Positions 49,209 through 60,031 of a stretch of DNA of 60,031 nt are shown piece by piece. The DNA is taken from NCBI RefSeq assembly GCF_001194135.2, contig NC_068984.1:74993051-75053081 (forward strand), given 5' to 3'. This stretch comes from Octopus bimaculoides (Eukaryota). The first letter of the stretch is position 1; the number at the start of each line of letters is the position of its first letter. A model generated the notes under the pieces. It was not told the DNA's origin. It did not search any database and was given only the letters and a program-made list of their open reading frames with translations. Both the position numbers and the translations under genes were made by a program.

Positions 49209-51927
49209 GATGTAAATTTACGGATACGGGATAAAGCCGACGATGTGTATATGTATAATTTGCAGACAACTCATTCCGAAACGCAAACAAATATTTTATT
49301 TGAAGGTTTACAAAGAGAATTTCAAAAGCGTTCCTTTATTCATTGCCAAGCACCAAGCCTTGTATGAGAACTCATTCTCTATACCTCTCATGTGAACGCT
49401 TGCTGTATCTCTTTTTTAAGGGGTAAAGCGTGACTGAAGTACTCAGCCAACCAACATTTATATCGGCTATTATTGTCTGAGTGTGTGAGTGTTGTGTGCG
49501 TGAGTGTGTGTGTGCGTGAGTGTGTGCGTACGTGTGTGTATGTGTGTGTGTGGTTACACTGAAACTTTGTAATGTACAGCCAGCCAATGTACTGTAAGTT
49601 CTTAATAAATGAGAGTATACAAATGCAAAACATGTTTTCTTAATACTTGAAATCAAAGTTTCACCTATAGAATTCCTTGTCAAGAGAAAATAGAAACTGA
49701 ATTTAGCTTTGGTTGCTACTTCTCTCTTAATGTTTGTCTGTTTGCTTGCCAGTCTCTTTCTCTCTGTGTGAATATATATGTGTGTGTGTGCGCGTGTGTG
49801 TCTACTTGTCACTGTATAACTAATTGTAACACACACACACACACACACACACACCAGATTATATATATATATATATATATATATATNNNNNNNNNNNNNN
49901 NNNNNNNNNNNNNNNNNNNNNNNNNNNNNNNNNNNNNNNNNNNNNNNNNNNNNNNNNNNNNNNNNNNNNNNNNNNNNNNNNNNNNNNNNNNNNNNNNNNN
50001 NNNNNNNNNNNNNNNNNNNNNNNNNNNNNNNNNNNNNNNNNNNNNNNNNNNNNNNNNNNNNNNNNNNNNNNNNNNNNNNNNNNNNNNNNNNNNNNNNNNN
50101 NNNNNNNNNNNNNNNNNNNNNNNNNNNNNNNNNNNNNNNNNNNNNNNNNNNNNNNNNNNNNNNNNNNNNNNNNNNNNNNNNNNNNNNNNNNNNNNNNNNN
50201 NNNNNNNNNNNNNNNNNNNNNNNNNNNNNNNNNNNNNNNNNNNNNNNNNNNNNNNNNNNNNNNNNNNNNNNNNNNNNNNNNNNNNNNNNNNNNNNNNNNN
50301 NNNNNNNNNNNNNNNNNNNNNNNNNNNNNNNNNNNNNNNNNNNNNNNNNNNNNNNNNNNNNNNNNNNNNNNNNNNNNNNNNNNNNNNNNNNNNNNNNNNN
50401 NNNNNNNNNNNNNNNNNNNNNNNNNNNNNNNNNNNNNNNNNNNNNNNNNNNNNNNNNNNNNNNNNNNNNNNNNNNNNNNNNNNNNNNNNNNNNNNNNNNN
50501 NNNNNNNNNNNNNNNNNNNNNNNNNNNNNNNNNNNNNNNNNNNNNNNNNNNNNNNNNNNNNNNNNNNNNNNNNNNNNNNNNNNNNNNNNNNNNNNNNNNN
50601 NNNNNNNNNNNNNNNNNNNNNNNNNNNNNNNNNNNNNNNNNNNNNNNNNNNNNNNNNNNNNNNNNNATATATATATATATATATATACACGAATACAGAT
50701 ACATATATATGATAGCACAATGACAGGACGTCTTCAACAATATGTCAACCGGATATGGCAGTCCTCGAAACAACAACACAAATGCACTGCGAGCAACCAA
50801 CTAACTTATAGAAATAGCAAACGAAACTCCATTAAGATGACATAATGTAGCCCTAAAAACATTATTATTACAATTCAACTCAATGGTCTCTTTGCGAAAT
50901 AACTTATCATACACACACACATACATGCAAATACACACACACAAACACATATATACAGAAGGTTGTTTGATAGGGCCAGTCAGAGTGACCATTGGTTTGG
51001 CACCTATAAAGCGCTTAGGTGTGTAGTTGACTTGTCAGATTCAAATGGTCGCGGGCACATACGCTCTCTACAACTTGAGGTAGGAAAACGTCATGGGAAG
51101 TTCATTTTGTAAACAAAATATTCGAATATGTGTGTATACAAATACATATATATATATATATATAGATATATATATATATAAAATAACTGGATAGAAACTT
51201 GGTTGATGAAATAACGGGTTTATCCATGTTTAGATTTAGTCATTTTCGTTAATTGTCGTACAGGATCTTTCATCATTATTTTGTTATTACATATAACATG
51301 TCAAGTCATTTTTGTAGAGAAAGTTCTTGAGTCTTGAGATTATCCCCCTCCCCCTCTTCTCATTTGGAGTTGGTCCTAATTACCATTTAAGCGACTGTTC
51401 AATCTTTTCTGGAAGCAGAGATAGTTTTGATAAATCAAGAATCTATAATCTTATATGATATTTAATATATCTTTATTTGACTTAATATGAATGTGTACAC
51501 ACATACATACAATCAGATGCAGACGTTCAACGTTTATTCTTTCAGCATTATAGTATATCTCCTGTGGCCAATGTTGTCAAACTAGATTATAAAGAATTGT
51601 TACGGCGATGTTTTATGAAAGGAATCAATGACCTGACGTTTAAAAGACACGAAAATGGTATTGACAAAATCATGTTAGATACAGGTTTTACAAGTCAGCA
51701 GATTCTTTGGTTTATTGAGTGACTATAAATTAACAAAGGTTTCTTTTTTCTTTCTTCTTTCGACGACACAAACTTTTTACAACAAATGTTAAATAGAGAG
51801 CTCAGATTTCTTACGTAAATAGATTTTTCTTTATTTACTGTCTTAAACATAAAACAGATATAGTGATTCACTTACACACACACTCTCTCTCTCTTTCTCT
51901 CTAATATACACATTATATACATATAGA

Positions 51928-51958
<31 letters not shown>

Positions 51959-52512
51959 CGTACGTACCCACTGACACACGTTCATGTGTTCAAGAGAAAG
52001 GGGCACTCAATACATAACCCAGAGTCTATTGAGTCATAGTTGGTGATTCACTCCGTTGATGTATAAAGACATATCAGTACAGTATTTGTGTAATCAATCA
52101 GGCAAGAGTGTTACCCAGTATGTGTATGTGTGCCAAAGAGGGAGATGGGTAGAAAGAGAGACATCACGTATAAAGTAATACATATAAAACGTATCAAAAT
52201 ATATTATATACGTTATTATGCACACATACACATGCATTTACAAACACATACATATAACCAAAAAGGAACAGGAGAGTGTTCATAAATCATTCAGATACAT
52301 CATCTTATACAATAGATGTCAGTTATATATATTAAGAAAACGTTGTAAGCAAATTATCTTGCCAAATACTCAGAGATCGTTTAACTTTCATTAGTAATCT
52401 TTGGGATATCTACCGGACTACAGACTGCGTTACACACAGAGTTTCAAGTTTAACAGTTAGAAATATGCGTGGAGGAGAAGCTGGGGATATATATTACTTA
52501 TACACATGTCAA

Positions 52513-52780
52513 AATGAGGGGCTATGCTGGAAAACTAGTTGCAATAGCGTGTCCCTTGAAAGAAAAGGTTGATGAATCAGATGTTATGGCCTTGCACATA
52601 GAATGGCTCGGGGAAGGATGCCAAAGATAACATTGACATACACTCCACTAAGAAAGCGAAAGCCTGGACAGCCTCAGAACACCTGAATGCGAACAGAGAA
52701 GAATAGATTGCACATGGCGCAAGTTAAAGCAATTTACTGACGATCGATGTGGATGGCACCAAATCGTCGAATCCTTATTT
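52513..52780 (+). mobile_element. RTE-like LINE, degenerate 3' end of ORF2
   Basis: GRMPKITLTYTPLRKRKPGQPQNT*MRTEK...(frameshift)DRCGWHQIVESL resembles the post-RT C-terminus of RTE-clade LINEs (R.PK.AL.WTP.GKR.RGRP..TW...DR..W...V). Confidence 0.6.
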
Positions 52781-54164
52781 CCCGATTTGGAAAAAGGGGA
52801 TTAAATTATAATTTATAGTTTAAGCACATTGTTACCATTTTTTATTGGAGTGGTTGGTCGATGAAATCGATCCTTGTACTTAGACAGACTTACTTCGGTG
52901 CAGGTTTTGAAAACAGAGCTTTGGAAGTAAAAAAAGTAGTACAACAAAGCATTGTATCCGAGGGCCTGCCGATTCTGGTAGTCTACTATCTTAGAGGATT
53001 AAATAATAAATACTGACAATAATGACTAGTATTGGATGAGAAAAGAGCTCACTGTGCGTGCGCGAGCGTTTATACGCGCATGCGTACATAAGCACAGGCG
53101 CAAAAATACGTCCAAAAACATGCTTATACGTATTGTACACACACACACACACACACGCACACACACACACACACACACACACGGAGGAATGCAGACATAC
53201 AAACATCGACAAACATCAAAATTAATGGCCTACTGAATGTTAACAGCTTCTTACATTTCTCGGTAGAACGCTTGCTATGTGTGATCAGAGACAAATTTAT
53301 AGCGTTTTGTTGGTATGGGCTTTTTTTTCAGCTGTCACTTAAAGGCGTAATAAAGAATAAGCAAATGTTGCGATCTGCAGTGAAGAGGGCAACATGTGAG
53401 TTAGTCCTGAAGGTAAAAGTAAATGGGTCCTCCGTCACCTTCACGGTGAGTATTGGCAGTTGTTGATCGTTTAATGTAACTACTTATTTAATCATTATAG
53501 TGTGAAAAATAATGAGTTTTCATTTCACAATAGCTGTACCCTTAACATATTTCTTAACCAGTACCAAAACGACACAATAAGTAACGAGACATACAAAATT
53601 GGTCAAGCGATATGTGCAACAGAGAGTGTTTTCATCGCTTGGTCAGTCTGTAACGCAGAATGTTTTCATCATTTGGCCAATCTTTGCCGCCCCAATCTGA
53701 AATATATGTGAAGAACTAGTTAATAAGAAACTCGGATAAAATGTCTTGTGGTATTTATTCCTTCCGTCAGTCTATGCTCCGAGTTCAAATCCTGACAAGG
53801 CCAACTGTACTTTTCATCCTTTTTCGATCGATAAATGAGATACTATCCATGGCGCTGAATTACTGTAATTCTTAAAAGCCTCAGAACGGACGCCTAGTGG
53901 TATCTGTTCCAGCTTTACTAAAGCGTCCTACTTTCAAAATGCGTTGCTTGGCATTTAAATAGCACCATCACCAACTAAGCAGGCGTAGCCTGAAGTGTAA
54001 GGCAAATTTTCAAAACAATGCCAACACCAAAATATATCGCCCAGGGCGGAGTTGAGTTCTTAGTGATGGGAATATAAACAAACCAATACTAGTGAGGGAA
54101 ACAAATACAGCCATAAAGACACACACAGGTGTGTATGTATGTATGTATGTATGTATGTGTGTAT

Positions 54165-54268
54165 TCTTTTCTTTTACTTGTTTTAGTCATCTGACTTCGG
54201 CCATGCTGGAGCACCGCCTTTAGTCGAGCAAATCGATCCCAGGACTTATTCTTTGTAAGCCTAGTACT
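54165..54268 (-). mobile_element. CORE-like SINE 3' tail fragment
   Basis: cttttacttgttttagtcat...gccatgctggagcaccgcctttagtcgagcaaatcgat...ctttgtaagcctagtact is nearly identical to 35480-35580. Confidence 0.85.
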
Positions 54269-55398
54269 ATTGATCATTCTAAAGACTATTGGGTTTTACT
54301 CATAAGGTATTGAAATCTTATATGTATACCATTCTGCCTAAATAATGGATTTACAAATACAATATCTCTGCATTTTCGTTCCTCCAATTCATTCTCTATA
54401 TCGTATCTTATCTAAATTAACTATTGCTTAACTATCCTCTCACACCGTCTCTAATGAAGAGATATAGTAAAAATCCTGGAAACAGCTGTAAGACCTATTT
54501 ATAAATGTTCTAAAATCTACACAGCCATGGTTTTTTATCTCATTACGAAAAGTAAATCTTTATATACACACGCTGATATATGACCTACGTTGGACCCCTT
54601 ATTTGCATAATCCCCTAACCTGGAGCTTAACAAAATTTTGGTCGGTCCAGGACTGTAGTAGAAGACACTTGCCCAATGTGCGACGCTATGAGACCGAACC
54701 TGAAACCATGTTATAACAAATTTAGTTTCTTAACCACACCACCAGTTTTTCTTTGCCACTTTTTTCTTTTATATTCAAAAGATAAATAGTGGAGTAAGAT
54801 ATTTTTAATGAATGAAATTTGGTTGTTATTTCTGGCACGTTATACACCCAGGTAGAGGCTTCATTCACTAGTTTTAGCATAAAATTTTTGTTTTTGTTGT
54901 TGATTTTTTTTTTTTAAGCTTTTAAACTCATTAAATCCATCGAAGTCCCTCGTGTTTTACCTTCAAGCTTCAATTGCTGCTGATAGATAGAAAGAAAGCG
55001 TTAAGAACAAACAGCATGACTAACAACAATCGTGGGGTCTTACGGATGGTATCAACGAATAACAAACAACAACAACAACAATAATAATAATAATAATAAT
55101 AATATGGTTGGATGGGTGTGAATAAAGATAGTGGATATGATATGAATTTGCTGAGTCAAAAACCATGTCTAGCTTGAAGGAACGCCAACAACATATTAAT
55201 AACTTATTCCATTTGTCATGGCATTAATCACATCGATACTACGACCAATTGAATAGAGTGGCCTGCATAGCAATGGTAATGGCTTAGAGTGTATAGAAAT
55301 GTGACACAAACATTTTCATACAAGAGCATCCACACACATGTATACACTATACGCATATATACACACATACACACACAAACCTAAATCCACTACTACAT

Positions 55399-55447
<49 letters not shown>

Positions 55448-55994
55448 NNNNNNNNNNNNNNNNNNNNNNNNNNNNNNNNNNNNNNNNNNNNNNNNNNNNN
55501 NNNNNNNNNNNNNNNNNNNNNNNNNNNNNNNNNNNNNNNNNNNNNNNNNNNNNNNNNNNNNNNNNNNNNNNNNNNNNNNNNNNNNNNNNNNNNNNNNNNN
55601 NNNNNNNNNNNNNNNNNNNNNNNNNNNNNNNNNNNNNNNNNNNNNNNNNNNNNNNNNNNNNNNNNNNNNNNNNNNNNNNNNNNNNNNNNNNNNNNNNNNN
55701 NNNNNNNNNNNNNNNNNNNNNNNNNNNNNNNNNNNNNNNNNNNNNNNNNNNNNNNNNNNNNNNNNNNNNNNNNNNNNNNNNNNNNNNNNNNNNNNNNNNN
55801 NNNNNNNNNNNNNNNNNNNNNNNNNNNNNNNNNNNNNNNNNNNNNNNNNNNNNNNNNNNNNNNNNNNNNNNNNNNNNNNNNNNNNNNNNNNNNNNNNNNN
55901 NNNNNNNNNNNNNNNNNNNNNNNNNNNNNNNNNNNNNNNNNNNNNNNNNNNNNNNNNNNNNNNNNNNNNNNNNNNNNNNNNNNNNNNNNNNNNN

Positions 55995-56146
55995 GTATAC
56001 GGAACCCCTTAATTTTGGTGGCTTAAAATTTGGAGAAAAAAAGGTTTTGTAAGGGATTATAATACTATCCATGTATAAGAAACTCCCATATTTTTTTAAC
56101 ATAACTTTTGGCAAAAAAAGGATTCCTTATACACGTTAAAATACGG
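55995..56146. mobile_element. CCGTATTT-ended (Tc2/Kanga-like) MITE, right part
   Basis: Ends ttccttatacacgttaaaatacgg|ta. Same family as 8384-8454. Confidence 0.65.
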
Positions 56147-56160
56147 TATATATGCATATT

Positions 56161-56210
<50 letters not shown>

Positions 56211-56522
56211 CTTATGCATGCATAAACTCAAATGTATGTACGTAAAAGAATACGTTTGCGCATTGAAAGACGGACAATTACTCTAATATAAGAATTAATG
56301 TGGTATAGTATGCGTTAGATATTCACAAATCGTTACCCAGAGAGTTCCACGTTTCGAATGTATGTGTGTGTGTGAAATCATAGATACGCACATTGTATAG
56401 ATATATGGTGAGGAAAACAACTTGCTTCCCAAACACTATGTCTTGGGTTCGACCTCATTACTCTTCACTTTAGACAAGTTAATGTGTGTAGCCTCAAGGT
56501 AATAAAATATTGTGAACGGAAA

Positions 56523-56745
56523 GGCGTGAGCTGGCACAATCATTAGTACGCCGGGTGAAATGCTTTGCGGTGTTTCGTCTGCCGTTACGTTCCGAGTTCA
56601 AATTCCAGCGAGGTTGACTTTGCCTTTCATCCTTTCGGGGTCGATTAAGTATGTACCAGTTACGCACTGGTAATCGACTTAATCTCTTTGTCCTTGTTTG
56701 TCCCTTCTGTGTTTAGCCTCCGGTGGGAAATAAGGAAATAAAAAG
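56523..56745 (+). mobile_element. Meta-like SINE, near full length
   Basis: tRNA-like head ggcgtgagctggcac...gagttcaaattcc; central gactttgcctttcatcctttcggggtcgat..tgtaccag; tail ttgtccttgtttgtccc...gtgggaaataaggaaata. Confidence 0.85.
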
Positions 56746-57066
56746 ATAATGAATGGAATTTGCTTGACCGAAAATACAGAAGTGTGTGTGCGTTTTCATG
56801 AGAGAAAGAGCGGCAGAAAGAAAGAAAGAAAGAAAGAAGAGGAGAAATGGAGGGAGACTCCGTGTGTGTGTGTGGTCGAATTTTTGTCTCTTTACGTCAA
56901 ATGGAAATTGAGCTATTCAATAAACAGAGGTCGTCGAAATAGTGCCAGAGTGGAAGTACTGAGGTTGATATAACTAACTTAAAATCCGTGAAGGTGGTGC
57001 TATACATCATAGTGGCAGTCTCATGATTAAACTTCTTAATAAAACAAAATGTTCCCAACCGAAGTC

Positions 57067-57854
57067 GGATCTTTGGGGTTTGACGGGCAACATTTTTTTA
57101 TGTAGTGTTTTTGGTACCGAAACACTTTCAAACTTCGTATACTTGTATATTTTGTGGTATAGAACAGATAAAAATGTTTGTATTCGAAGTTATTTCACGT
57201 TAAAAATTGTCTTATTTCGATAATTTCAACTAATCACTGATGTCTNNNNNNNNNNNNNNNNNNNNNNNNNNNNNNNNNNNNNNNNNNNNNNNNNNNNNNN
57301 NNNNNNNNNNNNNNNNNNNNNNNNNNNNNNNNNNNNNNNNNNNNNNNNNNNNNNNNNNNNNNNNNNNNNNNNNNNNNNNNNNNNNNNNNNNNNNNNNNNN
57401 NNNNNNNNNNNNNNNNNNNNNNNNNNNNNNNNNNNNNNNNNNNNNNNNNNNNNNNNNNNNNNNNNNNNNNNNNNNNNNNNNNNNNNNNNNNNNNNNNNNN
57501 NNNNNNNNNNNNNNNNNNNNNNNNNNNNNNNNNNNNNNNNNNNNNNNNNNNNNNNNNNNNNNNNNNNNNNNNNNNNNNNNNNNNNNNNNNNNNNNNNNNN
57601 NNNNNNNNNNNNNNNNNNNNNNNNNNNNNNNNNNNNNNNNNNNNNCACTGACTGTATTCAGCTGAATAGACGTCAGTGATTGGTTGAAATTACAAAAATA
57701 CGACAACTTTAACATGAAATAACTTGCGATGTACACTTTTTTGTTAAGAAGGCTAAGAGAAAAAGTTGTTTTGTATGACACATTCTACCAGTGTCCCAAG
57801 TTTGAAAGTGTTTCGTTAAGAAAACAAGTGTTGCCCGTCAAATCACAAAGATCC
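57067..57854. mobile_element. Non-autonomous DNA transposon, GGATC termini, 28-bp TIR, 8-bp TSD (Merlin-like candidate), copy B
   Basis: TIR GGATCTTTG(G/T)G(G/A)TTTGACGGGCAACA(T/C)T (25/28). TSD CCGAAGTC at 57059-57066 and 57855-57862. The internal arms are homologous to copy A in reverse orientation. Confidence 0.9.
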
Positions 57855-60031
57855 CCGAAGTCAACTTTGCCTTTTATTATTTTGGAGGTCGAGTATGGAT
57901 AATATAAAGTATGTGTCAATGAATGGTGTCAATTTACATTACTATAAGGTATACTAGTTGCGTGTGGAATTATAACAGTAAATCAACTTTTACGTGTATT
58001 TACGTGTATTTTATCGTTCTTTAGTCGCTCGTCTGCCAAAAAACAATTAAGAACAATTCCATCTATTTTAAGATGGTAGAAAGTGATTTGAAGTTATTTG
58101 GTTACCTTTCCAAAAGGTGAAACAAACAGAAGTACCCCCGCTGGCATCGTTCCTCTCAGTACTAACAGAGTATATGTCGAAAATATGGAGTTTGTGAAGA
58201 TAGAAATAGTGTAAACAAGTTTTAGAATAAAAAAAAATATTTAGTGGCAGAGAAAAAAAGTAGGCAGGTAGGTGTATAATGAAAGAATCTGGGTGGTAGA
58301 AAGAACACAGCTCTCAGTGTGTAGGTGTATAAAACCAGTTTAAAGGGTAAACTCTTTCAGACTATTTATCCATCCATCACTTTTCATTGACTCTATCTTA
58401 TTCTTTTACACACACAATCTATCTATTTATCAATCGATTACGATATTCATTTGTCAACCTTCATATATAGTTAAGTGTATCGTAATTACAATTGTGACAT
58501 GGAGCAATGGACAATCTTTATGTAAGTATTGCCATGTAAAATACAATGCAAGAACGAAAAGTCTGTCAATTTTAGTTTATCATCAGATTTGTTTAGTACA
58601 AGGTTATATGTATGGCTGTAAATACATGAATAAATATATATATACATGTGTATGTATATTCATGTATGTATGTGTGTGACAACGAAGAAACTGACATAGG
58701 CTTTTAAAACAGATAAATCTAGTATTCAAAACATTAACTAAAGAAAAATTTCTTTATATATTATGATAGGTTTTAATTCAAATGTAAACACTTTAACCCG
58801 AGTGTGTATTGTAGGTCAATGTTTTTTAACCTACAAAATCATTCCAGTTGTGACCATCCAGTCTTTTAGGTGTATCTAGGACAGTTGTTTCCTAATTATT
58901 TTTGCTGAACACTGACCTGATATACTTGAATACATAATACCGACCCCAACTTTTACTCAATAGTTGTGCAATAGCGCCGGTGATTAAAAATATACTGCTA
59001 TTCACCGATACATTCATAGCTGCTAATCATCTCATAAGAGGCGTTATAGAACTCTCCCCTAAGAACTAGTGCTCCAGGACAATACTGCCCAACGTATCCT
59101 TCTTTATTTTAAAAAATATAGTGTAATTTGAATGAATTTGGTTGTCGGTTATAGTATGTCAAACAACGTCGGAGAGACTCTTCTTTTTCAAGGAGCCAGA
59201 GGCGGTTTTCTTGAGAAAGGCATGAACGTCAATCAGTCTCGTGTTTCTCTAAAACTTTTTTTTCTCGCAGGTTGAACGCCAGACACAAAATGATCCCCCA
59301 GTGCCTTGTTATTGCCACTGTCGTTTAGCCGTAAATCAAATTTGATCGAGCAAACCTATGATTATAGGCGGCATTCTTTACTTGATAAACTGAAAGTGTG
59401 GAATTTTAGGACGGATTTGGTTGTTATTTCTAGAAGAAAGAGTGATCACATACGTAAAGGGCCCCCTCCTCGCTGACTCCACGGACTGATTGAAGGCTGT
59501 CAGTTGAGATACACGTTTTAACACTTGATGATATCAAATCATATATTTACATGAGTTACTTTCCATATCACCCAAAGAACCGACCAACCGACCAACCAAG
59601 TAAACCACCAGCCTGTTTAGTCTGCCTTCTTTCAATGTTCATTAAATCAAAAACTGTATTCTCTCGTCTCCAATGTAACTTGTATGTGTGTGTGTGCGCG
59701 CGCGCTTGAATATTTATTGGTTTATTAATATATTTCGTATATTTATGTATTTCTTTAACTATACGTGTTATACACACACATACACACACTAATGTTTTTT
59801 TTTTCCTGGCTAAATTGTTCCATTCCACTTCGCAATTTTTTACCAACGCCCACCATTAATACTAACTCTGTCTTGGACTTACTCTTTCTCTCATTCCGTT
59901 TCGTGTGTATGTGTGCGTCGCGCGCGCGTGCGTGCGTGCGTGCGTGCGTGTGTGTGTTAAAAAGTTTTTGGACTTTGTTGCCGTGCTAGAAACAGATCTT
60001 ATCCTATTTAGATCATTCATACCTCCCCAAG

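Noticed and set aside
60013-60031. Minus-strand AG|gtatga donor as the end of TMTC2 exon 1
   Set aside because: The phase fits, but the preceding codons are Leu-Gly, not Asp-Asp.

Overview
AT-rich metazoan genomic DNA from a gapped assembly (11 N-runs, most next to (TA)n tracts or inside repeats). The repeat families and microsatellite load suggest a coleoid cephalopod, probably Octopus; this is an inference from recalled repeat sequences, not a database hit. The only host gene I can support is a TMTC2-type protein O-mannosyltransferase on the minus strand. Three coding exons were recovered with canonical, phase-compatible splice sites (22578-23199, 2335-3223, 1219-1333). The first coding exon and the remaining TPR exons were not found. 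The rest is intronic or upstream DNA filled with tRNA-derived SINEs (CORE-like, V-like and Meta-like bodies), a (GAT)n-tailed retroposon family, an RTE-like LINE remnant, Penelope-like fragments, several DNA-transposon derivatives and many microsatellites. The most notable observations are: a near-canonical minimal type I hammerhead ribozyme followed by a run of hairpins (36859-37070); two GGATC-ended elements with 8-bp TSDs that share an internal body but have different TIRs (46948-47664, 57067-57854); a fold-back mariner built from two 5' ends (44123-44990); a DD36E Tc1-type element 55 bp from a TMTC2 splice acceptor; and an apparent switch from CpG-poor to CpG-rich DNA near 39 kb. There are no CRISPR arrays, rRNA genes or true tRNA genes. 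Almost all ORFs in the supplied track are spurious (microsatellite- or gap-derived).
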